DNA of 60,008 nucleotides, the filler included, from Sluysia triapertura (Eukaryota): the NCBI GenBank assembly GCA_046118255.1. It is 4 parts of 4 records of this genome, joined end to end, with 100 filler letters (N's around TTAATTAATTAA, not from the genome) between each part and the next. Parts side by side here need not be neighbours in the genome. Positions count along the whole stretch, not along the records: positions 1 to 11,830 come from JBJNIA010166258.1; positions 11,931 to 27,534 come from JBJNIA010223685.1; 2 more parts are not named here. One strand, given 5' to 3'. The position numbers were made by a program, and so were the translations under genes. The notes under the pieces were generated by a model. It was not told the origin of the DNA and did not search any database. It saw nothing but the letters and a program-made list of their open reading frames with translations. Below are positions 1-13,063 of the stretch, one piece after another. How positions within the stretch are numbered: the first letter of the stretch is position 1; each line of letters begins with the position of its first letter.

Positions 1-1059
1 AAAATGGTTATTAGTATGATTTGAATATTCTTGTGTTTATGATTTATGAGGTTTATGTGATGGTTCTGACTTGTTTGCTGAAGTGTTTGATGAATGGATG
101 TTGTGAATTGTTTGATAAGGTATTTAATGAGTGGGTGTTTTGAGTTGTTGAAATGAATGTAAGAGTTTATTGAGTTGGAAATGTTAAGATATGGATTAAT
201 TTATTGTTGGATGTAGTTTGGTGAAATGTTAAGGTTGTTTATTATTGTTTTATGAAATGAATTGAGTGATAATTGTAGTTGCAGAGTATGGTTGTGATAA
301 ATTTTATTTTGATGAAATTGTTTTAATGTAGTTATATTTTAAGCTTAGGTTATGGGGTTGGCCACTACAGAAGTCAGTGTCATGTCATGACTAATACGAT
401 TCGTAATATTTTCTACTTCACGTTCATTTTCATTAAATACTAGTTCTATTCAATTTCAATTTAGTATGATTTTGTTCGATTAGAATGCTTTTAAATTTTT
501 ATTACATATAACTTGCCATATATATTCTAAACATGGTTTTAAGATAATTTAATCGGATATATATTAAAATTTTATTTCATATTACTGTTATTGATTCTTA
601 ATTTAAAATGATTTATTGACTACAATAATAAAATATGTTTACATATTTTAATTTCATGTTTTTATAGAATCTCCCTTAAAATGATTATTTATACATTTTC
701 ATTTTAAATTTAATTGTTATTAGTTATTAAATTTTTAATTTATAATGTCATCTTAAATTGATACTAAAGCATTATAATCTTAATGATTTTAAACCAATAT
801 TTTATTAAAAATCAATATTATATTTTAACAATTTGTCTTATTGGTGTTTATTGATTATATATTGAAGTTTACACAATAGTGGATCGATGACTGATGGGGT
901 TTTAGGTGTTTAGTAATATAAAAATAAAACCCAAATACAATTAAAAATTGATACACGTTTGAAGGCTAGATAAATTAATAACTGGATTAGTCCAAATGTG
1001 AGGATCATTTATTTGTATCTGTGGCTTATTTAATTGTGGTAGTACGCTAGAACTTGATA

Positions 1060-1083
1060 CCTCAACCTTTATAAAGGTTGAGG
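1060..1083. repeat. Perfect 24-bp palindrome CCTCAACCTTTATAAAGGTTGAGG
   Basis: The sequence equals its own reverse complement. On the minus strand it is followed after 9 nt by CTAG (1047-1050). Confidence 0.9.
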
Positions 1084-1460
1084 CTTACGGATGGATTACG
1101 ATAATCGAGACTGGTTTTTCCATATTAAAATACTCAAAACATACGGAAAATTGTTGGAAAGATGGAATTACAAATGTTTCGTCATGCGTCATTCATTTTT
1201 TGAAAAATTTCACGTTTAACTTGCGAATAATTAATCAATTTGTCTAAATTTTACATTTCCATTTGTTAGTGCTTATATTCCAGAAAGTGAATGATTAATA
1301 ATCCTTTTTGCATAGATTTTTTGTATAAATCATTGATTTATGTAACCTTTAACTAAAAAATGAAAATTTAATGTAAATACAAATACTTGTATTTTTTGCC
1401 AAAAATTTTAAATTCTAAAACTCTTGAGATGTAATTTTAGTGAAATTTATTTTATGCAGG

Positions 1461-1514
<54 letters not shown>
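1461..1514. repeat. (ATT)n microsatellite
   Basis: Direct inspection; explains the poly-Ile ORF 1415..1597. Confidence 0.95.
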
Positions 1515-1515
<1 letters not shown>

Positions 1516-3150
1516 GCATTGGTGATACTATAGTACCCAAAGATTTCAGAAGTATAGTTACTGAATACGTTGGAAATTTGGAATTTAAAAGTACCAATAA
1601 AAAGTAGTTTTGTTCATAATTATTATATAATTACTAGTATGGTAAAGTTAGATCCTATTTTGGCATCTATTGCACTAAAATCTAATGAAAGTTATCTAGA
1701 AATATCGTGGCAGAATTTATTTGAAAGGTTAATATTTTATATTATGTAATCATGAAAATGATGTAATGTTTTTGTTTTGTATAATCATTCGTTAGTATCA
1801 CTTACTCAAACAGTATTAATTTTCAATTTTTTTGGTTATGCTAGATAATATTATTACTTTCGAAAATTCGCAATAATTTAATTATTCTTCACGAAAAGAA
1901 ATTATAAGATTTTGAATGTAAAAACGGCATTCACATTGTCAATATTGTAGAAAATAATTTAAATATTTTGAATACTATAAACAATGTTAAAAGTGATTCA
2001 AAAATAACATTTCAAATAAAATTTTATAATATTGTATTGTACTTTGCCATATCTAAAACCTACTTAGAAACCGTTAAAGAACTCAAAATGCATCTATATA
2101 AACACCAAAGACAATCAGAAACACTTTTAAATAACAAAGCAGAAGACTGAAATCAATAAGCAAATGTGAATGAAGAAGGAAGAAATCCATCACAAGTAAC
2201 TAGAATCCAGAAGATATGGATCAAACGTTGACGTCGATGAAACGTGACAAATTCCCTAATAAGTGATTATTAACAGACACAAATAAATTCTCTAGGCAAG
2301 GCGGATATGAATAAATGAATGTAAAGTATGGAAAACGATATTATATTTAACTATTAAATTTGCCAGACACAGAAATATCGAATAAGTTTACTATATATAA
2401 GATGTTTTACGATGGAAATTAAATAATTGCTCTCTATGAATTCTAAACAGAAAAAGTACTGCATAAAGTGGAGTTTTACACTATTTATAATTACAAATTA
2501 CATTTCTGGTTTTTTATATAGCTTTGGAGAATTTTAACACTAACAGTAGTTTTTAAATTTGATTCGATGCCCAGATTCCAATGCTAGTAAATGCAGTGTT
2601 AAAAATATAAATTAATCGAGATGAAAAGGTAATGTTACAACATTAAGTGATAATTTAATTGAGTTACAAACTTCATTAATATACAGGGGCTTTCGTTATG
2701 ACACTACAAATATCAAGATTCTCGGATGATGAATAAAGCTGTAGTTTATTTTGAAGATTCACTAACACTAGGCATTCAAGAAAGAGTGTAAGCATATTTT
2801 CAATAATTACACGTTTATGTGCCATGATTATCTAAATTGTGGTTGTGGTTTTCCTTTTTTGGAAATGTATCTGTAGTGTTGCATTGATTGGAAAAGTTGA
2901 CTAAAGTTTTATGCGTGATATTTCTAATTTAATTTGTTAATCTTCAATGATCTGTGTTGTATATTTTACGATATACTTGTAAATGGTGGTCTGTAGTTTT
3001 AGTATTTGGACTACAATATAGCTTTTCCAGTTTTGGGGAATTTTTTTCTATTCTCTATGTTAGAATGTCATTTTATCAATATTATGGGTAGGTTAGGTTT
3101 TATTGGTAAAAGGTTCTTTAATTTAGAAAACTTTAAATCTTTATGGGATT

Positions 3151-4116
3151 TTATACCCTTATTACAAAAACTGTGCTTATCGAAATGTTCGTGCTATGCC
3201 GGTGAGGGCGAATAAAGTACAAACACACTGAAATTATTTTATTAAAATACAAGTGCGATACACCCGTAATCATTTTTAAAACATAAAATGATATAATACT
3301 AAAAAGAAACATCTTACACTGATAATATGTTTTCACGCACACGTTCGCACCACGGTAATACCTGGGACAAATGATAATTCTTCCTTTAACAGCTTCCATT
3401 TTAGTCATAAAACTTGCAGGTTTTAGAACTACTGGTAGTAATTCGTCCTTAGCTATATTAAAAATTTTAAAAGAATAACATGCGATATCATTACAATGTC
3501 GTTCATAGATTCCTCGTGCTTCATTATCATCTCGACTAATCGTCTGAGGAAAATCTATCACCATCAGTTTAAATGATTCGACATTATCAACAGAGTGAGG
3601 GTATCTTCCCTCTCTGTTTCTTTCACTACAATTTGAATCACTGTTTTCACTTTCATTACAATTTAAATTACTAGAATCAGAGATCTCTTTTTTAACTTCT
3701 TTATCAAATTTAAATAGTGGTACACCTCCACTAATGTAACTCATAACAACACATTGAAAAACAAAACTACAGTCACCACGCATTTTCGACTCTAATTTAA
3801 AAGTAGCTTCGGAAAGAAAAATGGCAAAGTAAATAGAAATTTTAACGAGAATTAAAGAGTTGAAGAAGTGATAACCTTGTCCCTGGTGAAGAAATGCCGA
3901 AACGTCTTGAAACTCGCGACTCGTCTTGAATTGGCTATGCCAGTCTAGGCTTGAGACGGTCATTTTAAGCATCTTCGTGGTATTCATTTCGAACTTGTTG
4001 GACGCCTTCATAAGACTCGCTCTCAGGTTCTTGAATGTTCTTGCAATGTAAGTTTTTAAAATTATAATAAGATTCAAATTTGCAACGCTTAATTCAGCTT
4101 TCTTAAAAATTTTCAT
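3151..4116 (-). pseudogene. ORF containing a RIO2-like atypical kinase C-lobe fragment (~3433-3756) with no catalytic loop
   Basis: CVVMSYISGGVPL resembles the RIO2 hinge (AVVMELINGYPL), and LMVIDFPQTISRDDNEARGIYERHCNDIACYSFKIF resembles RIO2 [36 protein letters not shown]. The HGDFNEFN catalytic loop and the N-lobe are not seen; a Ser/Asn/Glu low-complexity stretch lies between the two motifs. Confidence 0.6.
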
Positions 4117-4342
4117 AAAATTCGTGGATTTAATTTTATTTATGGAATAAAAATTATAGTTATTTCTCTAATTTGATTCATTATAAAAAGTTTTATTTAC
4201 ATAAAACAAAACCGGTGCTAAAATGTTTTATTATAAATAAATCGGACAAACCTTGCAAAAATTGGTGACATGTAAAAAACAAATAACCGGAATCATATAA
4301 AACTCACGTTCATTACGGGTAGCGGATTTATCGAATATGAAG

Positions 4343-7300
4343 TCATTGTATGTATTTGTTGTAATTTTTGTTACACATATCATTACAACGGGCTTGATCT
4401 ATGTAAAATCTACAGTTACGGCAAAATCGGTTCTTAAGGCACTCGAAAATTTCTTTATAAAGAACGTGAGAAAATTTTATTACACACAAATAAAAAGAGG
4501 TTGATAAAAATTGTTGACACACTAAAAAATTTAACAACTATAATAGTACAAGACTTACATTCACTATCAATCGCGAGACAGTCGAATATCGCTCCAAAGC
4601 TTACACCATTTCTAACATTTTGAACAACACAAATTATGTCATCAGGCTCAAACATGATAAAAGTTTCATGCCAAAGATAAACAATAATGTAGGTGCAATT
4701 GATTTTAAAATTATTTAAAATTTTATACCGATCTCGACATTTACATATGCACGCGTTATAATTATCGATTTTGTCTAAACTTCTAACTTTAAAGTCACCC
4801 ACATTTTTGAATTCGTAATAAAATTTCACATACGCGCGACAAGACATAAAAATAAAAGAATTATTCCAAAAATCTAGTTTGACGTGAAGATACATCATCC
4901 AAGTAAATTTGTTACAGCAGTCATGCACCACGCACTCAACATGAACGACACAAACAAACGTACCTGGGTGGAAATCGTATGTTGATTTCAAAATAAAAAT
5001 CAAATTCGAATCACAAATCACAAAATTTTGAACCACAAACTCGCTCTTAGTACCAAGCGACCGCTATTCCTGTCTACGTCGGTTGTTGGTAGGTAAATCG
5101 ATTACAAAACTTAAATAAATAAACTTATGCCTTCGATGAACTTTACAAACTAAGTAGTATAAACTTCTCTTTAGAGCAGGATTATTATTGCTCGGTACGA
5201 AGTGCTGAATTAACTTCAAGTTTATGTCAGGGATAACTTTCAAAATCGAAATATGTACAACTATATTTTGATTAGAATGTAATAATTTTAATATATTATC
5301 AATAACATTGAATGATTTTTTATTCTGTAAAGTCTTAGGAACATTCCAAATATCATAAACAGACTTCGACATTTGATCTTTAAAGTCCAAATTTAATGGT
5401 TTTTTAAATGTAACAGTAGAATTAACTACTCCAGTCCAAGCCAACAAAATTGATTTACATGGATGATTCTTGTTTTGGCCGCTTGGCATCGATCCTTTTG
5501 AAGCTACATCGAAAGTTGTTCTATAGATGTGATTTGCAGCATTTTCGGTCAATACTACACCGATTATTAAAGATTTCTTAGTAATTCCGCGTATATAGCT
5601 TTTCCTTTTTCTGGTTGGCACTGGATTATGGCTAATAAGATCGTTTCGTAACTCGTTTGAACCATAAAAATTCTTCTTCACCATCATACCTTTAACTTGT
5701 ACGGCTTTTAAAATATGAAATTTTCAAAAGCGTAGAATTTTCCGGACTATTGTGAATTTAAAAATATAAAATTTTCGACATGTACCATCAAAATTCCTAA
5801 TATTAAAACAATTTGACTTTCTGATCTTTATTTTAATACTTACTGAACAAAAACAAATTTTGCAAAAAAAGATCGCAATAAACTTCTTTTCTTACTTCTT
5901 TTTTTACTTTCTTCTCATTATCACTTTTCTCAAATGCCTGATTACGATTATACAAAAATTTCGACCACTAAATTCAACCTTTGTTATTCTGTACTTTCCT
6001 TACTGTTAGGCACATTGTGATTATTTTCAACATTATGTTTAGGTAAAATATATTATAAAAGGTTATAATATACAGATAAAAGGATCATAATGATGGCAAA
6101 GTGACAATGTGTTGTGTTTTATTTTGATGAAATGGTGTTAGTAAAAAGGATTTTATTAGGCTTGTGAGATTTTATAAGGATGTGTGTTGTAATATTGTAA
6201 ATGATGCAAGTGAGACTTGTTAGTGTAATTTTTGCCATGAGATTTGTGTAGATGAATGTTATGATTGATGTGATGTATAAGTAGGTGTAGGCTGGACCAC
6301 CGCACACAATGAGATTTCGAAGTAGTAAAAACTTCGTACAAAATGTAAATAGTGACGTGACTACTGTGAATTTTAAAATTATAATTATTTATGACGTTAT
6401 ATTGGCCTCCATGTATATTAAGTATACTCGCCTTTTTAATTTCAAAATGTTAACTTCGTAATATAAAACTACATCAACACTATAAAAACATAAAAATAAT
6501 ACGAATATTGTATTGAAGATGAAAAACAACATGGTACAATAAGTCTTAGAAAGGTTTATCTTCTTACGGACGTATTTGTATGCCAGATAAACGTCGACGT
6601 TATTCATTTTTTTACCTTTAAAATTTTTTAAAGCGCTAGCTTCGATAGACAACTTTTGGAAGCATTTTGCTCAAGTAAAGTTATCTTTATAATGACGCAT
6701 CATATGTATGATGTTAACTACGGAAATAAAAACAAAAAATTAGATCAGAATCGATGTTATAAACTGGTAAACTCAGTAACTCGTCGTCAGTACCAATTAA
6801 AAGTTGTCCTCATCCGATTTGAATGCCTTTTAGTAGATTAATTATAAGATTAAACAAACAATTTTATACGATTGATCGATTTCACAAACTTTGTAATCTG
6901 AATCTCTTTTTAGAACAAAGATGCTATTATTTGGCACTCGACGCGAGATTAACCTCAAATTTATTAACCACACAATCATTTCAAAATTATTGTTAGGCTT
7001 GGAATTAAAATTAAGATTAATCGATTCTAAACACGTGAGGTTTGATCTAAGATTCTCCGCAGCATGAGGATTTTATTTCTTTGCCACTGACGTTTTAATT
7101 ATTTCTTCCTTCAGTAACTGCTTTGACCCGTCTCGGATCATCAAGCATTTAGACCAAACTTCTCGACTGGAACCGCATGAATATACGAACGATCGTATTG
7201 TTAGTACGTTATATTTTGTTTCCAATAAGGAAATAGATTGATTTTGAACCAAATCTCAATACGCAGTGACCTCATTACGTAAACTAAAATCTGAAATTCT

Positions 7301-8208
7301 TTGCATTCTAAAAAACCACTTTCTTGTAAATTTTGACGTTCTACTTTATATAGATTTATAATATCTGGAGCTACATCAAATAATCCCCTTTCGTATTCTT
7401 GTCGTTCTTCCCATTCATAAATAGTTTCTTTTGATGATATTCAATCACTTCTTCGCATAAATTTAAAATCAATTCTGATGTTATTGAAATAGGCCAATTT
7501 TTGATTAAAGTAATGGTAGTGTACGCAATCTAAGATGCTGCACCACCACAATCGTGATTGTAGATCGCGTGCAATACTCAATACAAAGATAACCGCGAAG
7601 ATTTGATTTATTGATAATAAATCGTACTAACAAAATGTCGACATATTTCCAAATTAGTTGATGTTGAATTATTGATTGTGATTTCCATTATCCTATTTAT
7701 ATCAATTTAGGTGATTCATTATGTCGATTCAAAAAATAAAACAGCGGTATTATCGTCAATTGTTCGATACGTACAAACTATGAAGATAATAATAAAGTGA
7801 GTAATTTTGAAATATTTCTACAAACAATTAAATATTAAGTAAAATGTCACAAAATGTATTACATTTTGAAAGTCGAAATTCGGTACGAAGCATCGAAAGT
7901 TTGAATTTTGAGTCTATATCCATAAGGATTGCATGAATAATGTGAACTGGAACGTAACATTTGAAATCAAAGTTGTAGAATGAATTACCCAAATGTTTTA
8001 TGTTGACACCAATCGCTTTTTCGAATTCAATTAAATCATTTAATAGTTTTCCGACACTTCCAAACGCCGTCTTTGCCATATTTTGAATGAAACTCGGACA
8101 ACACCATAATCCAACTAATTTATTCAATAGATGAAATATTCCTGTTACGTTAATGCTCACAGAAAAAGCGCATTTTGTGTCTACATATCGCAATTCATCA
8201 TAATTCAA
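4343..8208 (-). other. Cluster of co-oriented, closely packed, partly decayed ORFs of unknown product (4343-4537, 4455-5036, 5064-5687, 6389-6652, broken frames ~6850-7560, 7828-8208)
   Basis: Long stop-free frames in very AT-rich DNA, all on the minus strand, with visibly more CpG than the flanks and no obvious introns. No protein family recognised. Confidence 0.4.
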
Positions 8209-8407
8209 ATTCTAATCCAAGTTCTCAGTCATCCTAGGACTTCTCATTCTAACATTATCAATTTTTGTATAGTACAAGTGTTTCCTTAAACTTATTGCAA
8301 ATTGTCTGAGAAGTCGGTTCGCCTAATATATACGATTTATACGACTATTGGAGACGTACTATTAGGTTTTCTTAATTCAATGATACTTATAACTTATGCT
8401 TTATGAT

Positions 8408-8441
8408 GATAATAATATATTAATTTATATTGCGCTCATAT
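8408..8441 (-). mobile_element. Extremely 5'-truncated copy of the LINE 3' tail seen at ~42.9 kb
   Basis: 24 bp TATTAATTTATATTGCGCTCATAT is identical at 8418-8441 and 42941-42964, and both copies adjoin a TAA-type tail. Confidence 0.6.
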
Positions 8442-8880
8442 TAAAACCATTCTGTTGCTTTTATTGGGGTTGTTTGATTTTTCATTAATATTCTTTAAGT
8501 TTTTATTTTCAGTTGACTTCTGATTTGTATTTTTGACTTTTTCATTTTTAGATAATTCTTCTGTCAGTGTTCCTAATTCCTTGTTAAGAAACTTTTCCAT
8601 TTACAGAAACTTCTTCGGTTTTTGAATTAAATTTTTTCCCAAAATATAATTCACGAAAATTGTAAATTATCTATTAATTCACAAATGTCGCTAATTTTTA
8701 ATAATAAAGTCTCCTTTTTCATTTTTTAAATATTATCTGTACTTAACATTTCATATTTTATGATACTATCAATGCCATTTTCAAACGTTAAATTCTTCAT
8801 TTGTCAAACAATGTAGTCTAATGTTTTATCTTTTATATCTAATCGCTTGGAGCACTTTAATTAATTTATGCTACAAATTG

Positions 8881-8961
8881 CGCACCCCGTATTAAGGTGT
8901 TGCTTTAAAAACTCTTTGATGATTTTACATATTACGCAATCGGTATTAAGGTGTTGCTTTA
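8881..8961. repeat. Direct repeat GTATTAAGGTGTTGCTTTA (8889-8907 and 8943-8961)
   Basis: Two identical 19-bp copies 54 bp apart, each preceded by CGCA. Confidence 0.85.
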
Positions 8962-11192
8962 CAAAAATGAATTTTAAATTTATTACACAGAACAAAATCA
9001 CTTAAGATCCTTAAAGTATATTAATAACAAGTGAGTAAAAATCAACTATTACAATCAGCTTATAATAAGGATAATATTTTAATTAGCTACTCAACCTCGG
9101 TTGGTAGTTTTTCGAATATTTTAAAATGAGTGTTACATGAAATAATAAGGATTTTAAGTAATATATTACTCTTCCTATTAAAGTGATGCGATTTTAAAAC
9201 TTTGACATGGTTTGGTAAAAATGAATATTTGTAGTTGTTAATTATTGTTAATATTACAATATAATTATTTTTATTTGTTAGAATTTTTACTTGACTTAAC
9301 TTATGTACAGAAATAGTTTTAAATATAAAAAAAATAGTCGTTTATATTTAAATAAATTTAATTTAAAACAAAAATGACGAAAAATATTAACACCAAAAAC
9401 ATGAAATCTATTAAAATTTAGTGATCGGATCCGATTAGATTCATGATACCATCTTTGTTTGTCGACGAGATTCATTTTACAAAATTGAGCGTAAGGTTTC
9501 TTTGCGTTGGACTGGTACTTATTTGTTGTCCAGACACATTCAGGAATAGATTTATTTGATGTTTTTCGTGGAGGGACCCTTTCATTTCCTTGAAGGAACG
9601 TTCCTCCAAAAATGGATTGTTTGATTTGAGCGATATTTGAGAAAGGAAGAGATAATGTGGTATAAAAGCCATATCCTATAATTTTATTACCTTTATTGTT
9701 ATTGGTTTATAGGGGTTTAGTGAAGAATTTATATTGTTGTTTTTTTCTGAGTGTTTTAGGTGTTACGGGTATTTCTGATGTTTGTGATGGTTCGTTATTT
9801 TCGTGTGTAGTGAAAGTTTATGCGTAGTTTTGATTTGTTGTGGCCTTGTCAGTATGTTGATTGTCTATAGTTGTGTATCTTTAGTTTATTGAGGCAAGTT
9901 TGTTTGGTAAATGTACGCATGATGTTTGATAACAGATGAGAGTTGTTCGCTGTTTAGATGATGATAAGTTTTGGGGTAATCGTGATGATTCTTTATTTGT
10001 GTCGTGTAATGTAACGTGCTTAGTTTCCGTACCTGGTGGGGTTGATTTGTGTTCTTGTAAAAGTGGATTTTGTGAATGTGTGGTTATAGAATATTTTGCG
10101 ATATCCAAGCGTAGTTGATATAACTCTTGGTTACACTTGGTTATTAAGGCTAGCAACTGAGGTTTATCGGTTGCATTGGTGAGATGATTTATTTTGGTAT
10201 TGGTCCTCTCGTTTTTTGTCTAGTGCCGTGAAATGATGTTTGTGAGGTTTTGGTTTAGTGACCAACTAACATGTTTATATCGATATGTAACTAATTTAAA
10301 ATGTTGAGAGGTCTCGCATTTGGTGTTAGTCATATGTGTATTTTTATGATTGATGTGCTTGAGTATTGGTCTAAGGTTTGGAATATTATGGGTACTTTGT
10401 GTGACCGATGTATTTATTCGTAAGCACTTAAGAGTTGGAACAGTGTTTATGTGTCTATTAATGACTCTTGTGTTTTCCGAAGCAAAAAAAGAAGGGGTAG
10501 AAAAGGCGTAATTTCTGTCGATTGCATTGAAGTCGTAACCTGTAATTTTATTGTCGCAGTTGTGGTTCCGTTTGATGTTTTGTGAGTAATTAGTATGGAA
10601 TATTTTATATTGTGTTTTGATATTAGCATGATGATGGGGGTGAAGGTTACCGTAAGATGGTTTAAGAGTTGATGTTTTTTATTTATCCGATTAGAGTGTT
10701 CTGGTATGGTCGGACGTGGTTTAGATATGGTTTTGTTTACATTGGCTAGTGGTTTAGATTGTTAATGTTGTGAATATTAATGTGATGTTTTATATTCAAT
10801 GTTGGGTGTATTGCTGTACTACGTGCGTGATTTTCTGAGAGTTATATAGATATTGGGCAAACAAAACGTAACATTGGTCCCAGATGCTAGAGTTCGTGCG
10901 GTTCACATTGTGTCGCGATATTATCATTCGATGGGCATAGTTTATTTATTTGTGTACAATATTTATATTTATTTGAATTTTTCTTTGTCATTTTAATGTT
11001 GTCTTTATTAGTATAATTAATGTAATGTTTGTTTTTTGACTGATTTTAAATTTTATAAGGAATTAAACATTTATTTAAGCTAATTTTACAGATTAAAAAA
11101 ATGATTCCTCCAACATCGTACAGTTTGCCCCAAGAATCACCGTTAAAGAAAACGAATATATAAAAATGATCAAAATGTGTAGTTTTTAACTC

Positions 11193-11287
11193 CTGACACC
11201 ATTGTAATGGCCGGTATACATTTAGTTGGCTATTAATTTAAAATTTAAATTTAAATTATTTAAAAATCATATGGACATAAGGTCCTT
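11193..11287 (-). repeat. Dispersed repeat related to 14812-14904 and 19437-19490
   Basis: Reverse complement contains AAGGACCTTA...AAATTTTAA...CGGCCATTACA in the same order and with similar spacing as 14812-14904. Confidence 0.55.
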
Positions 11288-11830
11288 ACAAATAGGAGTA
11301 ATAATTAACGACTCTAAATTACTATAAATTAGATATCGTTGCATTAACACAAAACAATAAAAAAACACATGTTTTATTTACTGTAATAACTGCACAAATT
11401 GAGTTTAGCCGAGCGTAAAAACGTAAAGCACACAAAAAACTTACATGGTAGAAAAGATATAAGTAATAATTATTTTTAGTAATATAAAAATTGTGACCGT
11501 TACATTTCTTTTCATGATAGTTATGAGTTTGTTGGGATTAGTGAAGGATAAGAGTTGATATAATGGTCAAAACTTGGGATAACAGAATAAGTTGAACGTT
11601 ATTAAAGAACTAAGACGAGGAATTATGATGAACTACAATAATAAGATAACAATAGAGAATATTTGAATTAAAGTAAAATAATGAGAGATACGAAAAAATA
11701 ACCCTGCAAAAGGTTTAATATGTTAAAACATTAAAGTACATTAGTTAATTAAATTAATTAAAATTTGTTTAATTTAATAACTCAATGGAAATGTTTGCTC
11801 ATACTATAATCATACTAAATTTAGTGTATA

Positions 11831-11930
11831 NNNNNNNNNNNNNNNNNNNNNNNNNNNNNNNNNNNNNNNNNNNNTTAATTAATTAANNNNNNNNNNNNNN
11901 NNNNNNNNNNNNNNNNNNNNNNNNNNNNNN
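11831..11930. other. Assembly gap with artificial six-frame-stop linker (N44-TTAATTAATTAA-N44)
   Basis: Identical construct at 27535-27634 and 48305-48404. Confidence 0.95.
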
Positions 11931-12262
11931 GTTATATACTTTATAAAATGTACTCAGGAGGCTCTAGATGTTCTGATTCATTTTTATACTTTTTTATTTC
12001 AATTATTAATGTATTAAATTTATCTTTGATATTATAAACCATGATTTTAATTCTTGAACATTTCAAACATTTTACAAGGTTATTTGAATGTCTCAAAAGT
12101 CTAATAAGGTCTTAAATGTCTTCAAAGATTCCGAAAGATCACCAAGGTATCAAATGATCCCAAGGTTCTGAAATTCAAGGTATCTTTACGCTTCAAGACA
12201 TCTTTCCAAACCTTATTTAAGTCTTCATAAGGGTTTTAATACCAAGGTGTTCTTCGGTTTCA
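11931..12262 (+). repeat. Dispersed repeat with decayed Gly-X-Y (collagen-like) 9-nt periodicity; related copy at ~59110-59280 on the minus strand
   Basis: Reads GGT CTT AAA/TGT CTT CAA/AGA TTC ... CAA GGT ATC AAA/TGA TCC CAA/GGT TCT. CAAGGTGTTCTT here matches AAGAACACCTTG at ~59124 in reverse complement. Confidence 0.45.
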
Positions 12263-12324
12263 AAATTATTATTTATATTTATATTTATTTACATTTTAAT
12301 ATTTATTATTCTTACTCTGGAAAT

Positions 12325-12364
<40 letters not shown>

Positions 12365-13063
12365 CATTGTCATTGATGACTTAACTTCCGCAATTGATTA
12401 AAATTCAAAAAGAGTGTTTTTGTTTTTGTTAGGTTAGTAACGAATTATTGTTAATACAGGTGTCAACATTTATTGTGTTGCATCATACCAGGATTTTCAT
12501 AGATTTAGCATTGTATAGACAATGATTTGTAATTTTAAATTTGTGCGTATTTATATTTATATTTATATATTTTTATAAAATAATAGTTGTTAGTTCATTG
12601 TGTTAATTAAAAATATATTGAGATTTCGTGTTAATTTAAATATTGAGTTTCAGAATATTTTTTGAATAAACAAACATCAAATTAAACGAATAATATTGTT
12701 ATCTCATTGGATTTTATACTATATATTCAAAAATCAATTGTGTTAGAGATTTAGATCCGAGAGGATCGAAAAATTTATATGTGCGACGTTTTGCAGCTTT
12801 AGCTCTAGGAAAAGATATTGCTCAAATTTTTTTTATGGTGAAGTAATTCCAATGAAAAAAAACTGTACCACGTGGTTTATTACAGTTACAGTCACAATTA
12901 TTACAGTTACGTTTGCAACTCCATGTATCATTAAATTTATCTAACCACAAATGAAAAGTTTCAAATTTTAGTGACTCAATCTGTCGTTTCTTTTTATACT
13001 CATGGAATAAACGAGTAAAAACATATCCCCAGTTCCTGTTAAAACATTCCTTCGAGGTCATGA

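Noticed and set aside
1415-1597. Poly-Ile/Tyr ORFs (also 22410-22688, 37073-37309, 49856-50079)
   Set aside because: Products of (ATT)n or (ATATA)n microsatellites and N gaps.
10820-10890. Minus-strand WDQCYVLFAQYLYNS resembling an integrase W..L.FAYN motif
   Set aside because: No upstream DDE motifs found; similarity could be chance.
11875-11886. TTAATTAATTAA palindrome inside N runs (also 27579-27590 and 48349-48360)
   Set aside because: Artificial contig linker with stops in all six frames; linkage across these gaps should not be assumed.
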